From Takakia lepidozioides (lineage: Eukaryota > Plantae > Bryophyta): a DNA stretch of 64,000 bases. Shown piece by piece: positions 1-15,044 of the stretch (positions are counted from its first letter, which is position 1; each line of letters opens with the position of its first letter). Below the pieces are notes generated by a model, which was not told the origin of the DNA, made no database searches, and saw nothing but the letters and a program-made list of their open reading frames with translations. The stretch lies in contig CM060732.1 in NCBI GenBank assembly GCA_030704615.1, positions 56,606,001 through 56,670,000 of the forward strand. Direction: 5' to 3'. Position numbers and translations under genes: made by a program.

Positions 1-3000
1 AAGATGAACTTTGAAAAACAAAAGATGACAATATGGTAGTGAAAACGTCAAGTTTGAAAGAAAAAATAAAATAAAATTTGAGACTTATTAAACATGTTTA
101 TCCCTAACTATGACTATGGCTTGCCAGAGAGTTATGGCTAATCATAACTATGACCTGCAGCAGAGAATGTCAATTGTACGTGAATCTTGACATGACCCAC
201 CTAATTTAATGAGAAGTACCCATGAATGCCGAATTCCTGAAAAAATGGATGAAGCCTGAACGAAAAAATTAATATTGTTGCCAAACCTGGCGACTTGCAT
301 GTATTTAATGATTCCCGGGTCCGTCAAAATAGATCGGCCTCTACGTAAAGAGGGATGCAATGCAACCGTGAACAACATTCCGAATGAATATGTATATTAG
401 ACGCTAACCGAAACCAGCGTAAATAAGAGCCTCTTCCCCCTGCAAGTACTGCTCCCTTTCAGGAGTGGGCTCAGAGCATGAAACCACTTAACATAAGGGG
501 CTAAAGAGCTAATATCACATATTTTGAATGGCACGGTTCTCAAATACTCGTGAACAGCAACATTGAAAAGTTTGAGCAGCCAAGTTCACCATTTTACTTT
601 TAATTGAAAAGAAAAAAAGAAAAGAAAACAAATTTCCCCTTAAATAATTCCAAATAAAAATTTCCGGGGCCTCTGTCCCCTTCTTTCCGAAAACAAAAAG
701 AAAAAAGAAGAAGGGAATGAGACCTGGATTACAAAGAGGCAAGGAGAAAATAGCCATTACGAGGCCTGAAGGCTTACAATTTGTTTTTCTTTTTTTGATA
801 AGAGGGAGCCCAATTGCAAAGGAGTTGGAAAAATAATAGCCCCAAGCGGGGGAGGCTAACCCAGGGGATTCAAACATTCAAACCACACCGGAACCACAAG
901 CTTACTTTCTTCATTATGGCAGGCTTGGGCTGATTTTCACAAATTAAATTATTTATTCTCTCTTAGATTAGAAAGTATTTCTATTTTATTTAAATATATG
1001 TATTTGATTTTGTTCTTTAAAAATTTGATTATCTTTGTATGAATTAGACACAATTCATAGAAAATATAATTTCAGAGCCACACCACAGCGCACATGGATC
1101 ATTGACAAGGTAACTTAAGACAGTTGGAAGTTACCAGGACAAACGTAATTTACGTTCAGGTTTTTATCCTTTAGCTAGATTGGCGGGCAAGTGGTTGACC
1201 AGCCCTGCATGGACACGTCATTTGGGAGTCAAGCTTTACACGTAATGAGAACTTGCAACGTGTCCCTAGAAATACTGACGGCACATGGATTGGGACGTGG
1301 GGTGCAGCAGTGGGAGTGTGGAGGTGGGGCTTGTTTGCCGGGGAGAAGATGGGCATGCGAGAGACGATGGCGCGAAGCGTGCAGGGATTGTATGGTGTGT
1401 GTGCTTGCGTCGCTTGGCGCTATGCCTTCTGCCTTTCTTAGCCTTCTTATCCTGTCGACAACATTCTGGTTAGATGGCAGGACACACTAGGGTTTTCCCG
1501 TCAGATATGGTGTTCGTGTCTCGAGTCTTCATACACACATACAGACATAGATAGGGGAAGTAGATGCTTGCAATTTGTTCTTCGTGTGAGCTCTTTCCGT
1601 CTCCCTCGTAATTCTTAACAGGTAGGAATTGCGCATTGCATGTTTCGTTTCATACTTGTTTCCTGATTTGCTTTGCTGAAGCTTATTTGTCCCCGGATGA
1701 CCTGTTCATCCCTTCGTTGCTTTCTTCCTCAATTCTGGTTGTTATGGGATACATAATGAGAGTAAGCTGACCTGCTAAGCACTTCGGCTAGACATAGGGA
1801 GTTCCGCTTGCACTGATTAGTGCTCTGTTGCAAGGTTTCAGCATCCTGAAGGGAGACGAAATGCTTTATAGAGAGAAGGGAGGCAACAAAGCTAGTGATC
1901 CCAACCATTAAAGGATGAAAGAAGTTCCAAATCACCTAATCGGCAAGAAGTCGAGCTTGGTGTGGGTCTTTCATACGGCTAGAGTGAAAGCTTCGAACAA
2001 TGGACATGTCATCTCCAAGAAAACACAAGGCGGATAAGAGGTGCGTGGACGTAGTGAACAGCAGATATTTGAGATCATTGGCGAGACAAGATATTCCGAT
2101 GTGGAGAGGATGTCGAATGGTCTCTTGACAGGTTGTTTGCCGAGAGGTTTATGTAATTGAGTCGAACATACAGATTACTTGTCTTTGATGAGATCCTTGA
2201 TGACATGGCGAAATGGAGATGAACTGGAAAAAGAACGGGATAGTACAGGCCGTTTGAAGAGGGTTATTGCTTTTCTCCCTTTCCTGCTTTCCATTGAAAG
2301 TATTCACTGATTGGGGTTTATGAACTCTTCGACAACTTGCTGATTCAAGTTACTGATTCAAACTTCCCTTGCAGGGAAGTTTGGTGGCGTAAAGTGTGAG
2401 GAGGAGGTTGCAAGTTGGGAAGAAAGATCCTGGTAGGCAGCTGTACTTCACTCAAGGGGAAGAAGTTGACAGGTCAGAGTGTTGAGTGCACAAGATCTTG
2501 GAGGAGATTGTCTGCTTCTTGGTACAACTTAATGTGGTGCGTTTTTAGTCAGGTGGTGAATGCTGCTTGCTTCTTCAAAGGGAACATTACCACTACTCCT
2601 ACTCACTACCAGCAAGGTGTATCGGCAAGGTGTTTGAGTGAGTCATGAGTCTGACGGGTCCAGTTCGGCACACGGCTACAGATACAGCATGTGATCGTTG
2701 CTTATATCAGGATTCCAGTGGAACTGTGGTTTGGTCATTCACTCGATGTTCCCCAGGGCGAAATCTATGCTGGAGGCATTGTTCTGATGTTAGCAAGAGA
2801 TGTTTGCTTAAGCTTTATGTCATTATCTAGGAGCCTGATTTCTTGGTTGGTGCTCTTTCAACAAGACAAGAGTTGAAATCTGACTTGTGTTTAGTTGCCG
2901 TGTTAGAGTGACAATTGCTGAAGGAGAGTCTTCAAGAAGCAGAAAGACATTGCACATTATCAGCCCCAGCTTAAGAGCTGCACCTAGGTGTCTTCTCCTA

Positions 3001-3097
3001 GAGCTTTTCTTGGTCTTCAAGGAACACGGGCCAAGGGCTGGTGTGTAAAGCTTAACAGGAGATAATTCTCAAAGGATTGCTAGCTGTACTTGTCTGG

Positions 3098-4891
3098 ATG
3101 TTAGCTAAGAGACCATCGATCATGCTGGCCAGACAGCAGCGACAACGGTTACTTCCAGAGGCTCTTGATTCCAGTGGTTCTGGTCTTCTCGATGAAAAAG
3201 TACTGCTTCTGGTGTTCAAAGCAACCAATTGGAACCCCTTCCTTCTATGCACATCAGCATGTGTTTGCAAACGGATTGCAGAAATCATAAAGAGGGTTCT
3301 TTGGAAGGAATTCTGTCTCTCCCGTGCCCCAAAAATGGTATCACACCTTCTCACTGGGGTCAAAGATGGTTGCATAGCTGGTGGTTGGGACACACTTGGA
3401 AAACTCATGTTCTTCTGCCCTGGTTGCCATGCCAGCCGCCATTTCCAGGCAAAAACCTTGACAGGACATTTTGTGTGGAAAACAAGATTCTCACGGACCT
3501 CTGGCCAGAGCTTTTTGGCTGCACAGTGCCGAGCTGATAGTCTGCACATATCAGATGTCTGTGAGCATTTGGACAACGGAGATGATGATGAGTTGGGGTT
3601 CTTTAGGGGCATTATCAAAGCCTTTGGATCCTCCCGCACCAAGCGGATGCTTATTGAGAAAGGTGTGCAACTGGAACAAGACGAGCTGTGCCCATTCTGC
3701 CGAGCCCAGGTATGTTCAGGCATTGTAGTGCTCTTGAAGCCCTCCTTCTTGGATGGCCTACTTCAATCCTGCCTTCTAACCTCAGCAGCACCTGTTGGTG
3801 TTAAAACTTACCTCTAAGTTGGTACTTATCAAGAAGGTTTTTTAAGTACGAGTATACAAGCTTGGCTGTGGATGGACCAGGACATCTGTCATCATATGCA
3901 AAAGGAAGTCTCACTTGGAACGTTGTAGCTGCTAGGGTCTGACTTCCTGAGACTCCTCATCAGGGAGGTAATCCCTTAAGCAGGCTCCTTACTGTGAGAC
4001 ACCAGATTTCCCAGAAGCCTCTTATGGCTCTTTGATTTGCGTTCCCAGCAGCCTTGTGGCAACACAGATTTTGTCATCCAAAGGGAGGCCCGTAGGGCCT
4101 ATGGATACAGTGGAAGAAGTACAAAAGAAGAGGTTGTCTCATCTATTTGTCCCCCTAGAGGTTGTTTTTTAGACAATTTTACTTTTGAAGACTGAATCTC
4201 ACCACTGTTGCACCTATGATGGAGAATTCTTTGTGGTGTTAGTTTGCAGCCACAAGTCCACTGCCTTGTATGACATATGAAGTGGTCAATCTTCACATTC
4301 GCATTTGGGAACAAGAGTGAAGCTGCTGGGTGGCAAGATCTGCCCAGAGAATTGTAGTTCTGCCTTTGCCTCCATCCGGAGGCTGATTCTTCCTGTAGAG
4401 TTGAAGACTTCCCAATGTATTCAAGGTGTCCATGGTTGTGGACTATGTGGCTCACAGTTTCCATGAGCTCTGACTTCCACTTGGTTGGGACTCATTTGTC
4501 CGTGGAAGGACCCAAAGAGGAGCTGTTGCATAGCATAATGTCTGCTTGTACCTTTTGGAAGCTGCTAAATGCTCGATGTTAGTCCGCCGCTTCTGAAATG
4601 TTTGATTATACTTGGATTAACCTTTTGAATCCAGACACTGCGCCAAAGTTGTGCTACAACTACTACATTTGTTAGGAACTAGAGGTGAAGCAGATAATTC
4701 ACTTATCCCGACAATTCAATCACCTGCAGGTGTGGAGTATGACAGGTGCAAAGATGGTTCCAGCGACTGCAGTTCGGAGACTCGGGGCTTATGAAGATAA
4801 CATAGAGTACTTTGTCTGTGTCAGAGGGCACCTCTATGGCATGGCGTCGCTCATCTCTGCTTCTGATTCTGAGTTTTCAGGAGAGGAATAA
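3098..4891 (+). CDS. EID1-like F-box protein (EDL family), ~257 aa; exons 3098-3709 and 4730-4891
   Basis: Motifs LWKEFCLSRAPKMV, GGWDTLGKLMFFCPGC, GHFVWKTRFSRTSGQSFL, DVCEH, GFFRG, CPFCRA/VWSM and EYFVCVRGHLYG match the EID1/EDL family. The GT..AG intron 3710-4729 joins the exons in phase 0. The start could alternatively be 3122. Confidence 0.9.
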
Positions 4892-6953
4892 GGATTGTGC
4901 TATTATGGTTCTATATTTGTATTTACTCTCATGACTACCATCTAGTCTTGAGTTATTCTTTAGGGCACGAAATGGGAAAGCTTTGCTCACTGGCCAGCTC
5001 TCTCGGTCTGTTTCTCCCTCCCTCGCTGTTCACAAGGTTTGGGCTATCACGGTTCTGTATTTTTAGTTACTCTCATGACTAGTTGCTAGTCTTGGGGTTA
5101 TTCTTCAGGAGAGCCCTGCTCACTGGCCGGCACTCACGGTCTCTTTCCCCCCTGTGTCTCTACTTGAAAAGGAGCTGTGAAGGAGCTGTAAGGCCTCATG
5201 ACTGTGTAGCCTGTGTTATCCATTATGTTTTCATACTTGAATATCATCTAGTATTAAACTATTTAAAATTGCACAAAAGGGAAGAGCTGTGTCTCTGGGC
5301 AAACTGGTCCTCTCTACAACGTGTTTTACAGGGTCCATCAGGTATTGATTCGTCTTTGTGTGAACTTAATGGACAATGAAAGTACACCATCTCTGACTTA
5401 GAATGTAATCTATTGAATAGAACCATGTCTGGATTTGTGCAGTATCCACACAATTTACCATGAAGATATCATCAGCGGCCATAGCTTATCTGCCTTGGAA
5501 TTTCTCAGCTCAAGAATCATTTCTTCAATGGGCTGTTGAGCCAATTGTGGGGCGTTACCCTACGGGGTAGTGGAATTCTGCGGGGAAAGGCATGGCTAGA
5601 GTGCACCAGAAGTAGTTTCATCGTTTTGCTGGACAGTATGATTTAATTTTCCATTATACTTCTCTACCTGAACACAGTGACAAGTTAGGCTTTGATAGTA
5701 GATTATGATTGCCCCTGACCCTCATATCAAGTGCTGATGTATGTTTGGTTTCGGTCTTAGTGTCTATGACAATCTTCCCTCTCTAACCCTCTCCATCCCT
5801 CTCTATCCTTACATTCTATGTCAGTTTTGAGGACATTAGTTTTCTCAAAGTTATGACCCCTTTGTTGTCTAGAGGAGGGTTGGAAAAACTCTGTGGACAT
5901 CATGGACTCTGAGATGTACAACTGGAATCCACAGTAAAATAAATCACAGGACAGTGAAGGCTGGACTATCTATGATGAACTAACCATCTTTCAAAGAAGA
6001 GTTTCCAAACCAGGCAGCAACTGATACTACAAGTTAGTCACAGTTGGAGAGGTAATGATGCACTAGGCAAATTGGTCAAAACACAATACCATGAAGCTGG
6101 TGAAGGCATGATATCTCAGAAGCTTGTTGACATCTGTTGAGAACATTTTTTACATAAATGTACAAATATGTACATATCAGCTCCATAGGAGTGAGTAACT
6201 TGAATAAATCTCCTTTGACTGTTTTCAACTACCATGGAGTATACTAGGGAATATGTACCCGGTGGACTCTGTTTGTTGTAGCCTCATAGCTATGAGCCTG
6301 CAAAACCTTCAGGAAATGTAGAGAACATGACACAAAGCATGCTAATACAGAGAAGGAAGCGGAGAAAGAAAATCCCAAGTGTAGGAGATGATGTTTATCT
6401 ACTGTCTAGTCTCTGCTCCAAGGATGGCCATGGTCCAGTTTACAAGGAGCAGGGAAAAGGTGGCGGTGGGTGGGCTGGGAGGGTGTAGGTACCAACCAAC
6501 AGCTACAGAAGTAGAAGCTGGCAGAAAATGGTGAATCCATGTATAGATGAAATCTGCGTCGAAGTTGAACTGGGAAGTTAGACTGCACAGAAAATTAGAA
6601 GAATAAACAGAAAATAATACGTTACAGTTCCTAACTAGCTTATGTAACAAGGGTCATTAAAAAGGCCAGGCCTTTTGAGTGGCCCACGAGGAGTTCCGTA
6701 CCTCCTTAGTCTGTTGGCACCTATAATCACCGTTTCTAAGACCTCAACAAGATTTTGAAACAGGGTCCTGAAACTACCTTTTCTGGCACAAGGCCCTGCA
6801 GCCAGACAGTCTCCACGATTCCTACATCCATCTCGTCTGGTTAATGGCTCTCCTATCATTGTAGCATTAGTAATTACCTTCCTACCATCTCAACAAGACA
6901 CCTGTCTTGCTTGTCCTCCCCTGTCCCAAGCCGCCTCTGGATATCACAGTCAT

Positions 6954-9549
6954 CTATATAATTTGTTCGCGGTCGCCCAACCACAGCTTGTGATCATTGT
7001 GGTCACCAATACCATAGTAGGTCTGGTACCATTTTATGAATTTCTTCAGGCCTGTATCCAAATCGGTAGTGGGCTTATAGTTTAGCTGAGATTGTGCAGA
7101 TGAGATATTGGCGTGGGTGAAGGGAACATCTCCATTCCGAGGCATTTTGACAATCTCTCTCTTAGCTTTCACTTTCAGGTATTTTTCAAGAATATCCACC
7201 AGAGTGGGCACTGTGACTGGTGAGGTGTTACCAAGGTTAAACACCCTTAGTTGTGCTGGGCCTGTCTTTTTCCCCCCGCTGCCAGTGCTCTTCTCTGCTG
7301 TATCTAGAGATGCCACACATCCCTTCACAATATCATCAATGTAAGTAAAATCGCGTGCCAGATCTTTGTTGTTGGCCCCCTGGTACACATTGATTGATTT
7401 CCCCCTGAGAATATCCCGGGTGAAGGAAAAGTAGGCCATGTCTGGTCGCCCCCAAGGTCCATACACAGTGAAAAAGCGTAGCCCGGTTATTGAGAGACCA
7501 TATATGTGATTGTAAGTGTGGGCAATCTCCTCCCCTGCCTTTTTTGTTGCAGCATAGAGGCTTGCAGGCTGATCTGTCCTATCAGTCTCTGAGAATGGCA
7601 CCTGCAGTTACATTTCCGGAAAAACAGATTAGTTCCAAAGAAAGAAAGATAACACCGTCCAAGAAAAGAGGTGGTGGGAAACAAATAAACAAACAAACAA
7701 ATGAACTGATACTTTACTGATACTAAGAAACCAGCTTTTAATATCGCCATAGAGCCTATATGAGAATAATGCATGACAAGCAAAAGAATGTGAGACAGAA
7801 TGTATTCTTAAGATTATGTTGGCCATAGAAGCATGTGTGTGAGAGAATGTACACATGAGACATTTGCAATAGCCTGTGAGAGAGAGAGAGAGAGAGAGAG
7901 AGAAATGGTACTTAATGACATCCACAGAAAGCTCAAAGAGTTTATGGGATGAGAAACAAACAAACACAAAAGAGAGGGGCCCACCAGCAGCCCAAAAGCA
8001 ACTAGTGTTCAGGGATTTGTCTCAGAGTCAATGCCTCATACAGGTAACATTTCTCGTCCGTGATTGGGGTATCATGGAATAGACAATTGAATCTCCCACG
8101 GATCTCAGAGTAGTAAGGGCAGTGAAAGAGAGAGAGAATTTTGAAAATGTGGACTAGGGAGATGAAGATAGAATCCTTATTGCATCCATGTGACACTGAG
8201 AGGGCACATGGGACACAGTAGAACACAGAATCTAAGAAAAGAAACTTCAAATTTAACTCCTACAACACCTGCAAGGGCACCCTGGCCTGCTCAATGCGCT
8301 TTATGAAGGGAAAACACAGAGACAACCTGTCTGGGGGGGCATGCTAAGCAGGCTGAAGGGAGATAAATGCAACAACCTGTCAGGAACTATCATGCCAGGT
8401 ACAGAAGTAGAACCATCTATGCCCAAATGTGACACCTCCCCACTCCTCACCTCTGCTTTCATCTCTCTTTCTCTCCGTATTCAGTGCAAGTGTCCAAGGG
8501 GCCACGGGGTCTTCTGGCATCAAAGAGTTCCTGTCTGTCTTCACTTGTCAATGAGTACATACCTTTGAGTTCAACCCATAAACAGAGCTTGATGAAGCCC
8601 ACACAATGGATGGCTGTGGATTAGCTGCCTTGCATATTTCAAACAGATTGACTAGTCCCCCAATGTTGCTGTGGACATAGGAGCCTGGATTCTGCATGGC
8701 ATACCGCACACCAGCTTGGGCAGCAAGATGCATAACATGTGTGAACTGGACCACATCAAATAAAGTTTTAAGTAGTAACTCATCATTGATGTCACCCTCA
8801 ATCACAAACACACCATGTTTCTCCAAGAGTTCTTGTCGAGCTCGCTTCAAGGAAGTCTCATAGTAACTGTTGAAATTGTCAAGCCCCACCACTCCATCTC
8901 CCCTCTTCTTCAAGGCAAGAGACACATGGGTGCCTACAAAACCTGCAGCCCCAGTCACCAGCACCACCATTGGATTGTTCTCTCTCTTTGGTAGGCAAGA
9001 TTGCCGCACTTTCTTCTCCCACATGTGATTTGCCTTGAATGTGTGCACAGTGCGGCCAAGGTATCCATTTCCAGCAACCCCAGAAGACTTCATTTGAAAA
9101 AACACAAACAATGTCAATGCAAGGAGAATAGCCGAGAAGCCAAGAAGCCTTGCTGAAGACGTTGAATGCCATCGTGACGCAACCCGGCCAAAGTAGTTAC
9201 TTCTCTCCATCTTAACCTGCGAGTGTCCACGAAAACCATAATCACATGTCAGAGTACCGTTGGATTAGAGTGTCAAAAAGCATCCACCTATCTAGACAGT
9301 TGTTTATCACTATCCATATCTTTCCAGATATTATTTCTACCTGAGAAGTTCAGACACCTAGCAACTTCTTCATTATTGGTTTTCCATGGTCAGTCCAACT
9401 CTGCAGATGTTTGCTAAATTGGCACATCCAAAAGCACAAAAGAACGCAAAGAATTCCACAACTAACAGGTCAACTGCATGTCAGAGTTCGAAAGAGAGAG
9501 AAACCTTGCCAGGTGTTGATGGAAAATTGTCCTGCATGGACGGAGGCAT
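6954..9549 (-). CDS. GAE: UDP-glucuronate 4-epimerase, ~448 aa; exons 9549-9505, 9216-8563, 7601-6954
   Basis: N-terminus FPSTPGK|VKMERS, a TM segment, VLVTGAAGFVG, HLAAQAGVRYA, WASSSSVYG, SLYAATKKA and FFTVYGPWGRPDMAYF. Both introns are GT..AG in phase 0. Confidence 0.95.
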
Positions 9550-12500
9550 TTTTAGCAGCGGACTTTGTAATGTCTTGGTGGGGGATTCGAGGTACATCCC
9601 CAGTAGCCCTCCTCCCCTCTTTTCGCACACGCGAGGAGGTGTGTTCCTTCCCTTTGCAGGGTTGTTTACTACCCAGCAAACGACCTCCACCCGGTCTTCC
9701 AGATTTCGCCCTTCTTAATTACTGGACACACAGACAACCAATCCCAACACAAGCAAGGCAACTCTTCAGCATCTTAGAGTTTCTTGTGATTTCAGATGCC
9801 CGGACTTGAGAACCTACAAGACATGTAGAGACTGACAAAACAGAGGAATAAACACAATCAAAGAGCGCTTTGGAGGGCATATCTCTCTCAACATAGAGAG
9901 AAGGCCCAACATGTTGAAATGGACGTCTAACCACCACTCATCTGCACACTAGTAAAGATGCACAAACCAGCACTGTCTTGGCATGTATTACCAGATAAGG
10001 TCACTTCCAAATCAATCAAAGGTAAGGGTTGTGAACTCCTAGCAGTGCCATGCTCATGGAGCCAGCTGATTAGCTACTGCAAGTGGTTCTCTCTGTAAAA
10101 GTGAATCTGTAGTTGATATGAGACTTGTGGCCTGCCTGTGTCTCTTACACTCACTCATCCTGCAGCATCATCTCTCAGCTTACAAAGCAGGGTCAAGAGG
10201 ATCTAGTGTGCACTCAGTTGAATACCAAAGTGACTGCTGACATTATCATAAGATGTGAGAAAGCCATAGCCTGCTCAAGCACTGCCGGTTGTTTACATCT
10301 GTCAGCCCTCTTGCAAAAACATCTGGCACCACTTAATCTTCTGGATGTAATGTATTACAGAAACAGGGCTTTTAAGAATCCTTGCCAACTTAATGGGCAG
10401 GATGACAGGAAGAAGCAGGGCGAAAATAAAATACAACGTTCCTTGAAAATGAAGTCAAAATCTGCGGGCAGCGGCGTCCAATTAACTTGCTAGATAATGT
10501 CGAACCCAATATGCTCTTTGCAAGGAAAGACGATTCGCTGAGTCGGACAGGCTATTAAAGAGGGACAAATATTGGCGAGGTATAAGGAGAGTGAACTGTT
10601 TTAGAGTTGGGAGAAGGTGAGAGAGACCGTCCAACTATGCTACGAATAGAGGCCTCAGTACCTCACCAATTTTTAAGCAGAACCTCTCGAGGGACACAAT
10701 TGAGCCGTCCTTTCACAATGGATTTCCTGGTATTCCCCAAGGCTACCATACGCTACACTAGCACACCATTGAAAAAAATCCGACACAAACTATGATGTTG
10801 CCAGATGGCAGGCAAAACACTTCGAAAAGAGATCCGACAAAAGAGCAGCGAGTCAGAACTTTCGACAAAGGGAGACCACCAAGACACACTTACAATGGAA
10901 TCCCACACTGGCTCTTATCTCTCCTTGCAAATGAGGGGAGCTGACAAGGCGCAGTGCTGCTAATGCTGCTAATGCTGAAGCAGAAAGCACCATCTGCATG
11001 AATGTGAAGCTTCGGGATAGTTTCTGGACACTACATTAGAGATCGCCCGCTGTCGGGAAATCTCACTGTGGGCTATCTGCCATCCCCTGAAGATGAGTAG
11101 CAAACCTTCACAGCCGACACTATTAAATCCATACCACTTCACTTCGCAGTTTCAGCTTTCACGAAATGGACCGGCTCGTCGGAAAACTGGAGAATGCTTT
11201 CGAAAGGCTATTTTGCAACAGTGGTAGGAATGGCGCAGGCGCATTGGCGTTCTATTCTCCCTACGCCCAGCACTCAGAATGCTTCGTGCCCGTGGGAGAT
11301 GAACTAATCAGAACCTAAAAATCTGTCAGACGGATTCAACAATGCCTGCTCCGAATCCAACAAGGAAATCTGAAGTTGAAATCCCTCCGAAGGGATGGCC
11401 TCTGATGCTGCACATTCGGACAGGGCCTTACTGTAAATTCCTGCAAAAACAACAATCAGAGGGAGGCTGTATTAAAGTGCTGAGAACTCACCCTTGACGC
11501 CTCTGGGACGCAGTTCGCGTGTAGGGTGATTGACTGGCCAGTGAGAAAGACTGACCAGGCCGTCTCTCTCCCCAGACTGAAGGAATGCGAGCCAGCAAAA
11601 TGTCTCAAATACTCAAACAAGATCTCGGGAGTGATTCCCACAAGGCCCAACGACTTCCTACGACTTCTTATCTGTATCACGCTCACACACTCTCAGGCTC
11701 TTCTATACTTTTCTCCCCCTCCAACTCTGTTCTAGAACGTCAAACAGCAGGCAACCTCTCTCAGTTTCTCGCACACTGCGATGCACCAATCCACCCGCAA
11801 ATTATCACTAGCTTCACTAACGCCTGCCATGATTCTGATGCGCTGCAGTCACCCCAAAAATAGATGAATCAAAACTCAAGAGCATCAGATTTTGCTGCCC
11901 CGCAGACCTGCGCAGCTTGTCTGTCAAGTCCCCCTCTCCCTCCCTCTCTCTCCCTCTCTATCTCTCTCTCGCTCGCTCGCTCGCTCGTGTGGAGTGTGGA
12001 CCACCACACTCACTAAACCAACCAACTACTGCTAAGCAAACTCACTAATCACATCGCGCTTAACTAACACGCTAGCTTTAGTGCGAAGGAAAAATGGAGT
12101 GTGGATATAGCTCAACTTGGCGGGCTCTAAAAAGAGAATGATTCTCATCCATATACTGGGTGCCGATAAGCACTTAATCCATCTGATTAACTTTGTATTA
12201 ATCTAGTCAGTTAGCATAGCTCGAAGCGTAAGTTCAGAAGGTCGGTAGTAAATGGAAACTTACTAAGCACAGGATGGACAGGTGGCCCCTTTTTAAGAGT
12301 CTAACGCCACCCTCATTATGCCTCTGGGTTTTCCATCTATTTGTCGCTCTGGCATTTGCCATTCGTCCTTATCGCCTTCACATCCATCTCAGAGTTTTTG
12401 TTCGATAGTTTTCATCCATATGTTTTTTTCTTAATTTTGTTTTTATAAAAGTGAAAGGGGAGGTAGCCCCTTTTTTTTTTCCTTCTGATTTGTAGATAGA

Positions 12501-14719
12501 ACAATAAATGAGGGTTGTATAGAAGCTCTCCACCCAACCCTAGAAGCAGACAGCCACAACAATTGATCTGCTTCTTATATAGTTCTAGCTAGGCTAAGAG
12601 CAATACCTAAATACTTGCCTTTTAGACCTACTATTACTATATACGTTAAGGAACCCCATAATGGATAAAGATAAGATACAGCTTCCAGCGAAACCTGTTC
12701 AAAATAAAATAAAATAAACTTTCGAAAAATTAAATGAGAAAGGTCCTGTTGTAGAGTAAGATGTACGTATGTACAAACATTTGATTTGGTGACCTGCTCA
12801 TCCATTGAAAAGATTCCGAGATCGATGGTACACCGCTTTCTTTATCAATGGTAGCATCAAAGTTCATACTTGTGAGATGATACTCAGCAGGAAACTCCAA
12901 AATAGATGAACATCATCCGTTGGGCTGATGAGGCAGGCTGTATATAGCGGGGCGCATCAACGCTGCCTGCCATGCGGGCCGGCGACGCAGGGACAGCTGG
13001 CAGGTGCGGGATGGTGGGGGGTGGGAATCAGTCAACGTCGCAGTAGTACTACAAACGGTCATCATATTTTGAAAAGGGGGGAAAGACATGGAGGGGTGGC
13101 CAGATGTAATCTCGCTGTTTCCAGCACTGTTTGCCATTATGGTGGCCGCGCAGGGAGGAGGGACAGCGAGTCTAGCGTACAACGTGAACTCTAGGTGGAC
13201 CAAACAATGCTGCTGCTGTTGATGAGCACCTCTTGCGACAGTAAAAGGCTGAAGAAAAAAGCAGGGACATATCATATATGCCAGAGCGCGGCGATGGAGG
13301 AATATATCAAGTGCTCCTTACAGTGTACTTAAGCGGCAATCCAGAGAGAATGAGAAGTTTAACAGGTTTAGAATGTCTTGTGGAAGGAGATCTGCTTACT
13401 TACAAGTAGCTTAGCAAATCTAGCCTAGACTTGAACGGCTTTGAAGTTTGAGTCAGTAACAGGTGTTCGTTCTTTTAGTTTCTGGCTATGTATGTGGCGT
13501 AGGCTATATTGACTTTGGGTTCGGGCTTTGTACTTGTGTTCTAGAAAGTTGAGTCATGCTGCAGTGATGGGTGCCAGCATTACATCAGCTCTCAAAATTC
13601 CAGTTCAACGTCACTTCAGTTCAGACCAGAAAAGAAATGGATGTCCAAGTTCAGCCAACTGTACAAGTGATGAGGCAACACGCATTGGAGGCATGGCAGA
13701 GCTGCTGATCAGACAAGTTGTACACGCACTACTTAAGCTACACTTAAGCTACAAGTTGTACACGCACTTACGCTCGTCTGCACATGCACACTCACAAAGT
13801 TGCAGGTCGAAATTAGAACAGAGATGCACGCACACTGGCGCGGTGTACCGTCCCGAGATGAAGACTTGGCAGTCAAGTCTGCGGAGCTTGTCTGCAACGG
13901 TGGACGTGCAGGGTGCACGCCTCGTGGGGTCACGGGTGTAAAGTCTGACATGAACTGGTGCCACTGCAGCAATGCGCCAGTTTGCTGTGGGGACACAAAA
14001 GTGTTGGGGAGGCCACGGTATACCACAAACCGATAGGCCCGAATAGAACAGCTGGCCTTGAAGCACTTTTTATGTGCCCCCCGGCCCCGATGTGAATTAT
14101 TAGGCCGCTCAATCATCTCTTGGGTGGGGGTGGGGCCGTGGGGTAACTTTTAGTAACCAGGTTTTGGCTTGTTGTGGACGGATGATGTCTAATATATGAT
14201 ATCCAAATGCCCAATGGCTTCCCTGCCAGTTTTTATGAATTTACTGTTGAAATAGTGGATTTTTTATTACTTAGTTTTCTTAACCCACTTTCTGCCTTGG
14301 ACAGGCCCCAGTTCCAAGACAGACGAAATAAAGGGAATTGAACCCCAGACCAATTAGCCCAATGCACAGGATGCCATAAAACCTAAAAGGAATTCCATGA
14401 TATTATTTTACCTAGGTTTTTTCTTAAAAAAACAGCATGGGGAATGAGGCCTTGGAGAAATTTTATTTGGAATTATTAGGGGGAAAAAAACTTAAAACCT
14501 CCTAGCCAACCATGAGGCACACAGACCGGAACTCAGTGCAAAAGTGAGCCGTTACTCCGAGGACGACAAAGGAATAGACCCCTAGAAAAAGGTACCAGCA
14601 AAGAAGATGAAAGGGAGCCAGCCGTAAGGCATAAAGTGAAGGTGTAGTAGGGCTAAAGTAGAGCAATATTCGGCGGTAGTGAAGGCAAGAAGCCTTGGAG
14701 GATGTCTTGATGTGATGCC

Positions 14720-15044
14720 TAGGGAATTCCAAAAAGGCCTTGATGTGAAATGCAGCGCAATTCACTTGATCAGATGCCAATTCAATTGAACTAACCCTAA
14801 TTTGCAATTGAATTGAATTGTAATCTATAATTTTTAACGCAGTTTTGTATATAATATATATAATATATATAATATACTATCATATATATGTATATGTATA
14901 TGTATCATATACACATATACATACGAGAGTATAAGCTGAATATACAGGCTGGCCCGTCTAATCCTGCTGCCCGTCCATCCTTTGCTTGTGGTAAGGCCTA
15001 AGTCACGACATGAGTCGCGTAGCCTAAAGGAGAGATATATACTA
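14720..15044 (+). repeat. Left TIR of the IS3EU-like element
   Basis: Near-identical reverse complement of 21297-21603; differences fall mainly in an internal AT microsatellite. Confidence 0.95.

Noticed and set aside
3052-3723. 223-aa minus-strand ORF
   Set aside because: It is the antisense shadow of the F-box exon.
4099-4464. ORF or retroelement relic inside the F-box intron
   Set aside because: No recognisable motif.
12913-14116. Cluster of GC-richer short ORFs
   Set aside because: No domain or consistent exon chain could be identified.
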